DNA from: Macrostomum lignano
Lineage: Eukaryota
Assembly (NCBI GenBank): GCA_002269645.1
Contig: NIVC01000759.1
Location: 62,001 to 126,000 of the forward strand
Direction of reading: 5' to 3'
DNA length: 64,000 bases
Shown: piece by piece, positions 12,067-23,920 of the stretch
Layout: each line of letters opens with the position of its first letter
Numbering within the stretch: the first letter of the stretch is position 1
Notes under the pieces: generated by a model
What the model saw: the letters and a program-made list of their open reading frames with translations, nothing else
Database searches by the model: none
Told to the model about the DNA's origin: nothing
Translations under genes and position numbers: made by a program

Positions 12067-13335
12067 TCAGGTGGACGCAGCCTGCAGCTGCGAAGCCATG
12101 AAAGAAGCAGAGCGCTGGCGGCGCGACAGGGTAGAGCTGGCAGAAAAGTAGCGGAGAACAGCGTCCAATCTCCAGCCCCCAAGAGCCCGAACGTCCGAAT
12201 CTGACAAGCCGATTTGATGGCAGAAGCTGGCACCCCCACGCCGGATGCTGTGGCCGGAGAAACCAGCAGCTGGAAGGCCGCACGCAGCCAGACACGCACG
12301 AAGACAGCTGATGAACTGGCTGGCTGAGAGCTCGCCTCCGAGGCCGTAGCCAAAGAGTGGCGCCCTTGGGTCGCTGGCTGGTGACAGGTGCAGCTGAGAC
12401 CGCAGAGCGCGCACAGGGCAGAGTGGTGACTCTTGAACAGGTGGCAGAAGAACGACATGCGGCGTCGACCCGAACTGGTTGGTCTTGGACTTAGGGAGGG
12501 CCAACTTCCAGCAGCCAGATGAAGCCGACAGACAGGCCCGCGAGACAGATCGGCTGCCGCGGGTCGATAGGAAGTCGCCAAGGCGCAACATGCCCCACCA
12601 GCCCACCAAAAGAGCCGCCCAGAAGGCGGCCCTGAGATCTGCGCTTGAGATGGAGCGCGGGAGCTGTTGATGGATGCTCTTGAGGTGCTCGATGGTCAGC
12701 GGCTTCGCCTGTTTGCATCGCAGGCCCAGATGACGTTTGGCGCCGCGGAGGGCCAGCTGCACGGCGAAGTCTTTCGCTGGGTCGGGGGCGCCGATGGCTT
12801 GGTGCAGAAAAGAGACAGCATGGACGTAGGATCTGAGGCTGGAGAAGGACCGGAGCCGAGTGCTCACCGGGTGCGCGATGTAGCGGCAGAGCAGGTCACC
12901 GTCAGCTGGAGATGAAGGGCGGTTTGCGCTAACACAGAAGGCTTCCCAGGAGCGCAGCTGGCTGAGGTAGGATCGCCAGGAGTTCTCCGCCAGGCCGAGG
13001 CGGCACAGGTGTCCGGCGGACACAGCGCGGGGGGACGGGCGGCTTCTCCGAAGGGCGAGGGCGACCTGCAAAAGGAGGCGAGATTGGGAAGCGGCAGAGA
13101 GCGTGTGCGACGTGAACTCAAGCGGGCAGATCACGAGCGTACGGTAGTTGCGGCAACAAAAGTTAATGAGCTCAGACTGCGAGGCAAACATGCGGGAGGC
13201 GGCATCAGAAAAAATCTGCATGCGACCAGGAAGGCGAAAGGCCTCCAAACTGATGCTGTTCCTGATGCACAGCAGAGCCACAGTCTGGTACACCTGCAGG
13301 AAGCGCGGGTCACGACAGCTCAGCCGATTGATCAT
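12067..13335 (-). CDS. Tyrosine recombinase (in frame with the RNase H C-terminus)
   Basis: Catalytic set intact: MLRLGDF (R), SKTNQ (K), GHSIRRG (HxxR), GGWR (W), LRY (Y). N-terminal SAM-like region GLAENSWRSY. Confidence 0.92.
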   Translation of the reverse strand: MINRLSCRDPRFLQVYQTVALLCIRNSISLEAFRLPGRMQIFSDAASRMFASQSELINFCCRNYRTLVICPLEFTSHTLSAASQSRLLLQVALALRRSRPSPRAVSAGHLCRLGLAENSWRSYLSQLRSWEAFCVSANRPSSPADGDLLCRYIAHPVSTRLRSFSSLRSYVHAVSFLHQAIGAPDPAKDFAVQLALRGAKRHLGLRCKQAKPLTIEHLKSIHQQLPRSISSADLRAAFWAALLVGWWGMLRLGDFLSTRGSRSVSRACLSASSGCWKLALPKSKTNQFGSTPHVVLLPPVQESPLCPVRALRSQLHLSPASDPRAPLFGYGLGGELSASQFISCLRACLAACGLPAAGFSGHSIRRGGASFCHQIGLSDSDVRALGGWRLDAVLRYFSASSTLSRRQRSASFMASQLQAAST

Positions 13336-13857
13336 GCCAGCCGATGCGGTGCTGTCAGCGTAGATGACTTTTTGCAGTTCTTTAGCTGAGAGCGACGGTG
13401 CAGGATGATCTGAAAAGGTGCCAGAGCCTCCTTGAAGTTGATATGAACATCCGTGAATACACCACCGCAGTCCAGCTCCCAGTCGATGACACTCCAGAAA
13501 CTCTCGGCACCCCAGATGATTGCGGCTGCGCCTGACCGGCTGCTGTCAGTCTCCATGGCAAACTCCTCATCAAAGCGCGGCCACAAAGTGTTAAGTTTTG
13601 GCCGAAGAATGATAACAAATTCAAAGACAACTTTTATGAGCAGCCCTTGGCTTGCTACTTTCTATAACGTTCGCTCGCTCTATAAGCGAGGTGTTTTGGA
13701 ACCTTTTATTTTATACCGCTTACGAGCATAGCTTATGCTTCCCGATGTCGTGGTCTATCAAACGGAACGAGTTTGTAACCATAGGCATACAGCCACAAAG
13801 TAAATTCAGTTATAGCTAAGAGCTCGATAGCTCAAACTCCTCCACGGTAGATAGAGT

Positions 13858-16306
13858 TTACTTAGGTACACCTAGAAATCGGTATTGCAGTCTGTCAGGT
13901 GTTCGTCTAGCTCGCTGACTCCGTCGAACCCTTGGTGCTTCAATGTCTTGGGGCTCTGGGTCTTCGTCAATCGGAGCTGAAACATCTGCTGCCGGTGTTT
14001 GGTCCTCCGTCACCCTTGGCTTCACCTGCTCCAGGTGGCGTCGGAATTGTCGTCCATCGCTAAACTCCACGTTGACAACCACGTTGCCTTTGCGGGAAAT
14101 GATCTCTCCCTCTCTCCATTTTGCTGTCTCGTTGTTCTACGTCTTCACCCACACGGGCTCCCGAGACCGTAATAAATGACCGCGCATTAACTCCGCAGGA
14201 GATTTTCCCGTAGTTGCGTGCTTCGCGTTTCTGTACTGCAAGAGATATCGGTCAATGCACGTTTGAAGATCAGTCTCACTAGAAGCTCTTACATGGTTTT
14301 TCAAATCGCGCACAAATATCTCAGCCAGTCCATTTGATCTCGGGTGGTATGGAGGGGCGAGCACGTGGTGGCACTGAATTCCTTTCAGCCAGCCCTCCAT
14401 CTCCGCAGAAATGAACTGAGGTCCATTGTCCGACACGATAGTCGCTGGTACTCCCTCCTGGGCGAATGTCCGCCGTAGTCGCTTGATTTTTTCTGTGCTC
14501 GAAGTACTCCTGGTGACATGAACCTCGGCCCACTTGCTGTAGGCGTCTATTATCACTAGAAGGTAGTTGCCTCCGGGTAGAGGTCCGGCGTAGTCAACAT
14601 GGACTCGTGCCCACCTTTCAGTCTCGTCTGGCCAAGAAGTCCAGTGTCAAGTAATGCCGTGGTATTTGTTTTGTTGGCACGAAGAGCATCGCTTATAGAA
14701 CTCGACGATGTCGCGATCAATTTTCAGCCACCAGACACACTGCCTGGCTATCGACTTCATCTTGTCAGGCCCGATGTGACCGTCATGAAGCAGCCGTAGA
14801 ACCGCTTGTCGCTCTTGACTCGGTACCAACAGGCGAATTCCTCGGTAGAGTAGTCGATCTTCAATCACCAGCTCGTTCCGATACGAGTGGTACTGCTGAA
14901 GTTCTTCCGATACAGGTGTTTTCCAACCGTGCTTTACTAAACCGAAAAGCTTTCTTGTTTCCCTATCACCCTTGGATTGCCACCTTAGTCGGTTCTTGTT
15001 GATCGGTATTGCTACGATGCATTCTTGTACGGAGCTGACGTCGAATTGCTCTTGCTCTGCGGTGCTAGTCTTGAGGCGAGATAGAGCATCCGCCACTAGT
15101 ATCTCCTCAGATCGTTTGCACTCTATAGAGTAGTCGTATCCCATCAGTGCTACCGCCCACCGTTGCACTCGAACTGCTGCGACGGTAGAAAGTGCTCACT
15201 TTGGATCAAATATGAACTTTAACGGCTGGTGATCGGTGCGCAGTATGAACTTGCGGCCAAAGAGATACTTGTGTAACCGCTTAACTGACTATACTATAGC
15301 GAGTGCTTCCCTCTCAATCTGTGCGTAGTTTCGCTCTGCTGATGTCAGTGTTTTAGAAATGAACATCACTGGTCCTGCTTCTTGTTCCAATACGGCTCCA
15401 AATCCTGAAGGTGACGCATCAGTCGTGAGCCAGATGTTTCCCGTCGGGTCAAACGGCTTCAGGTGCACTGCGTTAAGGAGTCGCTCTTTGATATTGTTGA
15501 ATGCTTCTTTCTCCCCTTTCCCCCAGGACCATTTGACGCCGGTTCTCGTCAGGTTGGTCAAGGGTTCCTTCAAGCTCGCTAGGTTAGGGATGCATCGAGC
15601 GTAGAACTCCACCATTCCGATGAAGGACATCAGTTGTTTTGCATCCGTCGGTTCGCCCAAGCCAGCAATCGCCTCGACTTTCTTCTTTGGAGGTCTGATT
15701 CCGTTGTCGCTGATCTCAAAACCAAGGAAGACTATTGACTGCTGATTGAAAACGCGCTTGTCCGTATTGATGTTTAAACCGTTCTGTTTAAAAACTTGAA
15801 GAACTTTTGACAGTCTTTCATCATGGTCAGCCTGATTGGCGCCCCACACTAGGATGTCATCCTGGTACGAGATAACTCCGTCAAGGTTAAGCAGAAGCTT
15901 GTCCATGAAAGTTTGGAAGATGGCAGGAGCCTGTTTCACACCGTATGCCAGAGCAGTCGGCCTGTACAAGCCAAATGGGGTGCTCCAGGTCTGCATCACG
16001 CTGCTCCACTGGAACCTGCAGATAGGCATTGGTGAGATCTAGGGTGGAAAACCGTTTAGCCTTGCCCAGCCGGGACAGTACCTCGTCAATCGAAGGCGTT
16101 GAAGAAATCATGTCCTTGAGTCTGGGGTTCAAGGTCACTTTGTAGTCTCCGCAGATCCTGCTTTTCCCGGATTGCTTGCGCACGCAGACTATGGGAGTCG
16201 CCCAGTCGCTTGATTCAACTTTCTTCAACTGGCCCTCTCGCTCCATGCGGTGCAGCTCCACCTTGACGTCGTCTGCTAAGCCAAAAGGGATCTGTCTGGG
16301 CTTCAC
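13858..16306 (-). pseudogene. Element D RT-RH-integrase (several frameshifts/stops)
   Basis: WATPIVCV, YQDD, TDASPSGFG, YAQIEREALA, LHDGH...CSSC, SDNGPQF, SNGLAE, RRHLEQV. Confidence 0.9.
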
Positions 16307-16431
16307 GAAAATCGGTTGCGTTCCGCTTTCGATCTCTAGAGACGCACACGGTTTCTTGCCATTGGCACTGTTATCATTTATGCTGCTTACTGGACCGTTA
16401 ACTCGGCAGAGACAATTGTAGAGTTCGGGTT

Positions 16432-17514
16432 CTACGCTCGTAGTACGGACAACCAGTCGAGAACGTAGATTGATTCGGAATTTGGCCGGTCCGCCACGAA
16501 AAGCGGTAGCCTTGCATGTTGCCCGTTGTGTTCGACGCTTACCTCTGCCTCCCCCCGTAGGCTTACTTGGTCTCCTTGGTAGGCGGCGAATCGTCGTAGC
16601 GTTGGCTTCAGCTCCGCTTCGGCTGGGAGTCGCTCAAAGGCACTGTTGGACATGTATGATGCAGAAGATCCAGTGTCCAGAATCATCTTGACCTCTAATC
16701 CGTTGAATATTAGGCTCCTCACGATCCTGGAACCCTCAGGCCCAGAGTGCGGGAGTCTGCAGCACTGAAGTGTAAAGATGCGATCATCTTGGTCACCAGC
16801 GTCGTCTATCAGCCGAACGCCTGCTCGTTTGTCCGTTCCGCATCCAGGCCCCTTGGACCTGCAGACTGTTTTGAGGTGTCCTGGCTTGCCACAGTTCAAG
16901 CATGACTTTGTTCGATGCTGACAGGTTTGCTTTGAGTGTCCACAGCAAAAGCATTTAACCTCGCATCGTCCGCCCTTTTTGCCGCTTTTAGAACCGTTTT
17001 CATGTTGAGTTGTCTTCGTAGGTTTCCCATGACCCGCGTGCCCTCGACTCACGAATAGCACTTCGCTTCCAGCTATTTGTTTTTCTCCTCGGCTGACGGC
17101 TTCACAAGCGCTGGCGAGCGAGATTACCCTCTCAAAGGTGAGATCTGACGCCTTTTCAATCAGTAGCTTCCTGACGATGTTCTTGTTCGCCAGGCCAAAC
17201 ACGAACTGATCTCTCAGCCGCTCGTTCTGGTCTGAGAAGTTGCAGTTCTCCGCCATGTGACGCAGTAGTCTGGCGTACGCAGGTGCGTCCTCACCGCTGT
17301 CTTGCTTCAGGTGATGGAAGGCGTATTGGTGTGCGATCTCGGACTTTGTTGCTCGAGTTTCCAAGACGAGAAGATCCTTTAACTCGTCGTAGCTCTTGTC
17401 CTCGGGCTTTCCCGGGAGAGTCGCATCAGACAGCAGGCCGAAGGCTTTCTTGCCCATCTGTGCGATGAAGGCGAACTTCATGGTGTCGTCCTCCCATTTG
17501 TTGATTTTCGCCAC
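16432..17514 (-). CDS. Element D gag-protease
   Basis: LRDQFVFG, CLNCGKPGHLKTVC knuckle, MILDTGS protease. Upstream gag residues are cut off by a TAA at ~17527. Confidence 0.9.
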   Translation of the reverse strand: MAKINKWEDDTMKFAFIAQMGKKAFGLLSDATLPGKPEDKSYDELKDLLVLETRATKSEIAHQYAFHHLKQDSGEDAPAYARLLRHMAENCNFSDQNERLRDQFVFGLANKNIVRKLLIEKASDLTFERVISLASACEAVSRGEKQIAGSEVLFVSRGHAGHGKPTKTTQHENGSKSGKKGGRCEVKCFCCGHSKQTCQHRTKSCLNCGKPGHLKTVCRSKGPGCGTDKRAGVRLIDDAGDQDDRIFTLQCCRLPHSGPEGSRIVRSLIFNGLEVKMILDTGSSASYMSNSAFERLPAEAELKPTLRRFAAYQGDQVSLRGEAEVSVEHNGQHARLPLFVADRPNSESIYVLDWLSVLRA

Positions 17515-17853
17515 CGCCTCGAACCTTTAAAACCATCGCCCGATGTCCACTGGAGAGTCGGTCTCCAAGGGCTCGATTTGACCAGCCGTCGTCGCCAGTG
17601 TTAAGTTTTGGCCGAAGAATGATAACAAATTCAAAGACAACTTTTATGAGCAGCCCTTGGCTTGCTACTTTCTATAACGTTCGCTCGCTCTATAAGCGAG
17701 GTGTTTTGGAACCTTTTATTTTATACCGCTTACGAGCATAGCTTATGCTTCTCGATGTCGTGGTCTGTATCAAACGGAACGAGTTTGTAACCATAGGCAT
17801 ACAGCCACAAAGTAAATTCAGTTATAGCTAAGAGCTCGATAGCTCACACAAAG

Positions 17854-18787
17854 CCACCGGGTGGAGCCAAGCCAGGTCTCTGAGCCACCAGGACAGGTTG
17901 GCGCGGGTCTCATCGGTCACCCAAAGCTTGCAGTCAACAGCAGTTGTCAGCCAGTCGAAGAGCGGACGCAGGAAAACTCTGACATTAGGGACAATCTGAC
18001 AGAACCAGCCAAGCTTGCCAATCAGCTTCTGAGCAGAGCGCATGTGCACCCGAGTCTCCGAGCAGGTTTGAGTCAGCAGCTTTGTCGTCTCGAGAGCTTT
18101 CTCCTCGGGCAGCGACTTGGTGCCGGTAACGGTGCTGATGCGCACGCCAAGGAAGTCGATGCATTGCGTAGGTCTGACAACCTTGTCTCAGTTGATGGTA
18201 AAGCCGAGGCGCTGCAAGATGTCCAGCAGGCAATTGAAAGCATCGAAAGCCTCGGACTCGGATTTCCCAGCGACTGCCCAGTCATCCAAGTGGTTCATTG
18301 TTGCAGAAAAGCCAAGCCGGTGCATGTGCCGGGTAACGGTGGCTGAAAGACGGTGAAAAACTTTGCAAGCAGCGTTTGCGCCGAATGGAAGCCTGGTGTC
18401 GCAGAGCAGACTGTCCTGGCTGTCCGAGTCAAACCGCCAGGCGAGGCCGACGAGCCGGTAGTCAGCAGGCCTGATTGGCACGGACCTGTAAGCGCTTTTG
18501 AGATCAATTTTGGCCATGTAGTGTCCCGGACGGAGATGACGAACCAGCTGCTGGACAGTGCAGTACTTGATGTGCTTCTGTTGGTCGTAGAAGTCGTTGA
18601 CTGACTGGCCGGTCGGATAGGACAGATCATGGATCAGGCGGACCCGCCCATCGGACTTGGGAAGGGCGCCGATGGGGTTGACTTTGATCGGGCCGCTCCA
18701 CCGGATGTACCTCCCAAGGCGGCTCCCAAAAGTCCTGATTGCAAGCTCTTCTGATAATGCGGATATTTGGCTGCCAGTGCGATACAC
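17854..18787 (-). pseudogene. YR-retroelement reverse transcriptase, N-truncated
   Basis: VNPIGALPKSDGRVRLIHDLS, IDLKSAYR, DTRLPFG, NHLDD, LIGKLGW. Confidence 0.9.
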
Positions 18788-18799
18788 ATTCTTGAGCGG

Positions 18800-19050
18800 A
18801 GACTCCCAATCTTAAACTTCTTGTACCATGAATGACTGCTGTAAACTGCGATTCCTATAGAAAGAGTCTGGGTAGTTTGTCAGTCTCACTGTTGGAATTT
18901 TCCAGTTCGTTACAGTGCATTTTCGTAACTCCAGATCGGCATACCGTCGCAATTTGACCTTGCTTGCCGCACTTGTTGCATGTTGACTTACCAAAATCAG
19001 GTAGATCTTAAGTGTCTTGACTACTTGCCGCAGGAAAAGCAAACGCCTTT
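18800..19050 (-). mobile_element. Gypsy gag zinc-knuckle remnant
   Basis: An alternative frame reads STCNKCGKQGQIATVCRS (CCHC with H>Q). Confidence 0.55.
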
Positions 19051-19139
19051 TGAAATTTCTGCATTATGACTCAACCTGGCTTATGTTATGTGCAAATTTT
19101 TATAATTCTTCGTTGGACCGCCGTCGTTGAAATCGAAGA

Positions 19140-20075
19140 GGCCGGTTCTAAATTGAATAAATTTATACACAACAAAACGATGAACAGCGAAAAAACGACA
19201 CACACTTATTCGTTTTGTTTTTTTTCACTCAAACTAGCACCTTCAGCCTCCATGCACTTCTGCCAACGCCACCTCCTCGATGCCAGCACTCATGGGATTG
19301 TTCGCAACAGTCGCGATTCCCGCCTTGTAGGCCCGGTTCAATTCCTCCGTGCCAAAACGCTGGCCCTGCCTGGACTCCTTAATGCCGGGGAAGAAATAGA
19401 AGTCGCATGGGCTGAGGTTCAGGAAGCATGGCGAATGCGGAAGAATTTTCCACCCCCATGACTCGATACAGTCAGCACGCTCTACTTTTGATGAATAGCT
19501 GCGTTGTCTTAGAGCAGAATAGGGCTTGTGAATGGCCCGGCGATTTTTTTCAAGCACCGTCAGGTAAAATTCACTGTTAACTCTATGTCCTGCTGGCACC
19601 GGCTTGTCAAACAGCAGGTCATGGTGGTCAAGGAACGTCTTGTGCATGACTTTTAGCTGCCTATTGCATCTGACGACCTTTTGGGGTCGGGGAGAACCAG
19701 GGCGACTCCACTTGCCACTCTACCGCTTCAGCTTAGCCTCCCACGAATAACCCATGCCTCCTCGCATGCAACCATGCCCTCTCGCAAATACCGCTGCAGG
19801 TGGGAGGTGCACATGGCGACTCCGCTTGTCATCGGTGAGAAGATGTTGGACCCTGATCTTATCACAGACCTTGAGTATGCCAAGGTCCTCAATCAGGATC
19901 TTGTGGACTGAACCATCGGACATTCCAATCTCACCAGCGAGCTTCCGCGCGGTCAACTGACGGTCCTGCAGCACAGCGTCCTTCACCAGACTCACCAGGT
20001 CGGCGGTCCGAGCACTCATTGGTCTTCCAGTGCGGAGCTCGTCGTCCAGGTCCTCCTTACCGTTGTGCATGGCAG
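19140..20075 (-). mobile_element. Degraded mariner (Tc1/mariner) transposase
   Basis: LDDELRTGRP HTH region, LPHSPCFLNLSPCDFYFF (YSPDLAPSDF-like) and RWQKCMEAEG C-terminus. Confidence 0.85.
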
Positions 20076-20089
20076 CAGTCTAACAATGG

Positions 20090-20430
20090 GTCTGGTATTA
20101 GCACCTGCAAAATTTTAAGATCCGATGGAGAAGATTTTACATGGCTTGGAAGTTTTTGTCTTATAGACGACATTCTTGTATCCGGCAGTTGCTTGAATGA
20201 CAACGAAAACAGTAAAGCTGTATTGGAACGTCTCCTAGCCCAATAGTGAGAATTCAAGTATGAAAAGTGGTAATTCCGTCTTAACAGAATCGAATTTCTG
20301 GTTTTTATTGGTATTTTACCGAATTTACCGGTATATCCGGAATACATCTCTCGAAAGAGAAAGTTCTGGCTATTCATGAAGCACCAATACCAAGTAACGT
20401 GTCCGACGTTCGTTTTTTGATAGGTATGAC
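20090..20430 (+). mobile_element. Gypsy RT remnant
   Basis: MEKILHGL..CLIDDILVSG, RIEFL, APIPSNVSDVR with stops. Confidence 0.7.
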
Positions 20431-20744
20431 ATTGAATTACTTTGACTTAGCTGCAGGGGGTTCCGGGAATCCGAATGCAGCGGGGAGGCGTCGCCGCCCA
20501 TTTGGCTAACCCTTGGCGACCTGGTTCGCTGCTTCCGCTTGGTGGCGGTATCCTTGATGCTCTTGATGGTGACATCTGTGGCGGGGGTGTGCCATTAATG
20601 GCGATCTCTGGGGTGTTTTAGACATTCTGCTGACTAACAAGATATAGCGCGCAATGAAATCACATTTGCATCTAAATCACATTTGCATTAGTGTAGTTGT
20701 CTATGGTCTAGTGTCCAGATGGTTATGAAATTAATTTCGTAAAA

Positions 20745-20865
20745 ACGAGAATCGGCGAAATGAGAATGTCGGCGAAACGAGAATCGGCGAAATGATCATG
20801 TCGGCGAAACGAGAATCGGCAAAATGAGATTCGGCGAAACGAGAATCGGCGAAATAAGAATACCC
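20745..20865. repeat. Short tandem array of TCGGCGAAA(C/T)GAGAA (15-17 bp)
   Basis: About 8 copies visible directly. Confidence 0.85.
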
Positions 20866-20869
20866 TCGG

Positions 20870-21400
20870 AGTCAATCTCGAAGAGCAAATAGAACTAGGT
20901 GCGCCTTGATGTGTTTCGGCACTGCGTCATTTCGAAGCCCCACAGTAGCTTTGAATCCCGTCTGGATATGCGCCTGTGCGTGTCCGATAGCGACACTGTC
21001 CATCTCGATGTTATCTAAAATCTCGTCCCAGCAAAGCAAAAAAGCAGTCGGATTTCACCACTTGGAAACGGACTAAAATGGGCTTTCACTTGTGTAACGT
21101 CCGAGAGTTCCAGTCCCAGAGGACGAACGCGGTCTAATTTAATGAGCTGCTGCTGTGAGTATATTTACACACTGCTCCCGGCCAAGGCTTACCTTCTCTG
21201 CTTGGCTCCGCTGAGCCCTACTCAACTTGGTTTGCGGGACCGCTCTCTGTGTTGTGATTGTAAGAAGACGGAAGCCCCGGCGTTTGAATAGCTGTACTTG
21301 TTTATCGATGCCCGTGAGGCTAGAGCGTAGCACTGATAAAAGTATTGTCACTCTTGCGATTCTCAGCTATTCAACTGGGCAAGACTGCGAGGTCTTTGAC
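20870..21400 (-). mobile_element. Gypsy protease/RT-start remnant
   Basis: AGASV protease-like motif, LLGRDF, and KATVGLRNDAVPKHIKAH.VLFALRD. Confidence 0.6.
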
Positions 21401-21455
21401 ATAAACTAGCAAGTAATTGTATACACAAAAGTTCTTTCACACTCTGAGCCATAGA

Positions 21456-22640
21456 TGTAACAGCGGGGAAAGGGACAAATAAAACAATATGAGTTAAAAC
21501 AATATAAGTTCGCTCTTAAGTTCGTCAACGCAAATGGTAATACTTATCATCTCCTTCCCCTGGTGGCTTGAACCCTCTTCGGTGGTTTGACCGATCCCGC
21601 AGCTGCATGGGGTGCGTTTGTTCTTGCGGAGTCGGCTTCTTAGTTCGGGGTGGTGCCGGTCCAACTGCCACCTGGTTGTCTTGTTGACCTGACGCTTCTT
21701 GGCCGCTCTCGAACCCGTCTCTGTTGGGGTCGCAATTGCTTCCGGTCTGGATCTGTTTTTACGGGTGTCAGTGTCAGTGCTTCATCCAACTCCAGCTGCA
21801 AAAGTGCTTGCGACACATCCAGCTAGGATAAGTACTTCGTACTGTTGTTTAAGGAGCACAGCATCTCTTCCTGATTGCCAAGCGGTGTTACGTCTTCTGC
21901 TCCGACCTAGAGCTACTACATTTAAGTAAGGAAGGCAATGATATTGCTCCGCTTGATTAACTCCTCTTGGGATGCGTGTCGTAACTAATTTATTATAGAA
22001 TAATAGATTGTGCCCTAGACAACAAAACAATCGGTTCGGGGCATACTGTGCCTTTGCGCCAAGTATGTTCTCTGTCAATATACAACAAGCGGGTACTAAT
22101 CAACTTCAAGCATTGGATTGAGTCTTCTTGTAGTCAGCACAAATTCGGATTGACTTGGCGTCTTGCTTGACAACCGGGGCAATTGGGGAAGCGAATTCGG
22201 AAGTGGCAACCCTTGTTATATCAATAACTCCCCGCTTCTCTAAGTTCTTCAGCCCCTTCTCCACTAACGGCTTGATGGCGAAAGGTATCGGTTTGCATCT
22301 ACAGAACTTAAGTTGAACAGCTTCAGTTCCAGCTTCCTGTCTGTGGTTTCGTTGATGATGGTTTGGCTAGTACCGCTATCAATGTCACAGGTCACTGGCA
22401 CTGTGCTATTGACCTTCATTGTGATAATGTAAGGCTTCAAGCATTGGGTTGAGAGTCTTCACAATGTGCTCCTCCGTGATGCATGGGTATGAACAACCAA
22501 CTCTTTGATTGGGTCATAGTGAACCAACACTCCATTAAAAGTAAGCGCTGACTTGCAAGCTACTGGTCAGTCCATATAAACTCAGCGTCTTTCTAAAGTA
22601 GCGCATTTAGAAGCGCATTCAATCGGACGAAATTTGGTCG
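21456..22640 (-). mobile_element. Deleted Gypsy 3' part: RT/RH pieces, integrase tail, PPT and ~94-bp 3' LTR
   Basis: FCRCKPIPFAIKPLVEKGLKNLEKRG..FASPIAPVVK..IRICADYK at ~22100-22330. PPT GGGGAAGGAGA abuts TGATAAG; putative LTR 21456-21549. Confidence 0.7.
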
Positions 22641-22899
22641 GTTGCAATAGCAGTGTCTATGGGAGATGAAATTACGTTAGAAACGCGTATTCTACCGGTA
22701 TACAAGTAAAACTAGCCAAAACTTTGTTACTTTTTAAACGCTCCCCCTAAATGAAAACTGTGCATGTATGCGATTAAGAAAATCAATCAAGCTTTCACAC
22801 AGTTCTGAATAAGATTTCAGTTAGCTAACACTCCTCTGTCACATTCTTAAAACTTAAAATATTATTCGCAGTGCATGAAATTGCCATTGGGTAACGAGT

Positions 22900-23920
22900 T
22901 ACTAAGCGCATCTGCAACCAGATCGCCAGTTGCCTTGTCCGTCGGCTTCCAGCAGAATTTTCAGCGAAAGCAATCGTTTCAATTTTTAACTTGCATAAAA
23001 TCTCTTCATAATTAACGCCGAACTTCTGTGATTAGTCCTTGGCTATAAGTCCTCCCCTAAAACGATATTTGGCCTTAAAGATCTATTTTCATCCGCTTTC
23101 CTTGTGTCCTTCAGGTAGTCGTACCAGATTCCAGGTTTCATTCTCCATCAGGGAATTGTATTCTGAGTCGGCGGCAGCTTTCCATTGCTTTGCATAGTCA
23201 CCTTTCAGGGCTTTGCCTTTGCCTTTGCTTTGGCTTCAGGGTTATTGGTAATCTTTCAATCATAATTTCTGTCGTTCTGAACGCAAAGTGTTCCGTCTCG
23301 GGTTAAACTTTTGCACCTTCATATTTGAGACGGTCAGGGGCTCTCCTTTCACGTAAAGAATATTGCATCTGATCCTTCTGTTGACACCAACTATTCCTGT
23401 TCTTTTTGACTTGACTTGCTGTCTCCTATGTCATCCTGGGCTCATCAACTTCCAAGCTGAACCAGCTTGGTACCTTGTTGTCTCTTGTGCTATTTTTTGA
23501 GATTCCAAAATAAGTCTCGTTGAACATCACATCGTAGCGGATGACTGTCTTTCTCAACCTTTGATCGAACAGTCTGTAGCTTCTTTCATCCGTATTGTAG
23601 CCAACAAATCGTAGCTTTTCGGCCTTCTTGTCCAGCCTCTCGCTTTACATCCGGTATGTGGGCATAGGCTACGCAGTCGAAAACTCGAAAGTGCGCAACG
23701 TTGGTTCGCGCTTATACCAACGCTGGTACGGCGTCTTGTGCGGAGTGAGAGCAGTCGTCACGACTTGAGTTCGCACATAAGCTACGAAGTTAACTTCTAC
23801 CTAGTACGAGTTGCTTACTCCGGCATGGGTTATCATTGTGCAAGCTGATTCAGCAAGGGTGCGATTCATCCGTTCGGCAACACCATTTTGCTGTGGTACA
23901 TAAGCCACGGTAGTTGTCAT
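22900..23920 (-). mobile_element. Ty1/Copia integrase-RT remnant
   Basis: NGVAERMNRTLAE, AYAHIPD..LDKKAEKLRFVGY..YRLFD..VIRYDVMFNE, then WKAAADSEYNSLMENETWNLV (Copia order INT then RT). Confidence 0.85.

Larger units (their letters stand above)
13589..17848 (-). mobile_element. Gypsy LTR retrotransposon D, full length (4260 bp), inserted in the RT-RH linker of the YR element
   Basis: LTRs 13589-13836 and 17599-17848 are near-identical, TSD CAAAG at 13584-13588 and 17849-17853, PBS TGGCGACGAC. Host frame HPVAL|WPRFDEEF is restored on removal. Confidence 0.95.
11643..18790 (-). mobile_element. Tyrosine-recombinase retrotransposon (DIRS order, Ngaro-like), 5'-truncated, split by Gypsy D
   Basis: RT (IHDLSYP, AKIDLKSAY, LPFG, HLDD) at 17854-18787, RNase H (ETDSS, HINFKE) at 13332-13583, YR at 12067-13335, and 66-bp split direct repeats downstream. 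Confidence 0.9.

Noticed and set aside
12067-13335. Phage or bacterial integrase (horizontal transfer)
   Set aside because: It is linked to DIRS-type RT/RNase H and split direct repeats, which fits a eukaryotic YR retrotransposon.
13582-17853. Apparent 7-bp TSD (CACAAAG) for element D
   Set aside because: More simply a 5-bp TSD plus an LTR ending CACA; the inner LTR edge has a C>A change and the PPT then abuts it exactly.
20654-20690. Duplicated AAATCACATTTGCAT containing the octamer ATTTGCAT
   Set aside because: A two-copy local duplication in TE debris with no snRNA or promoter context.
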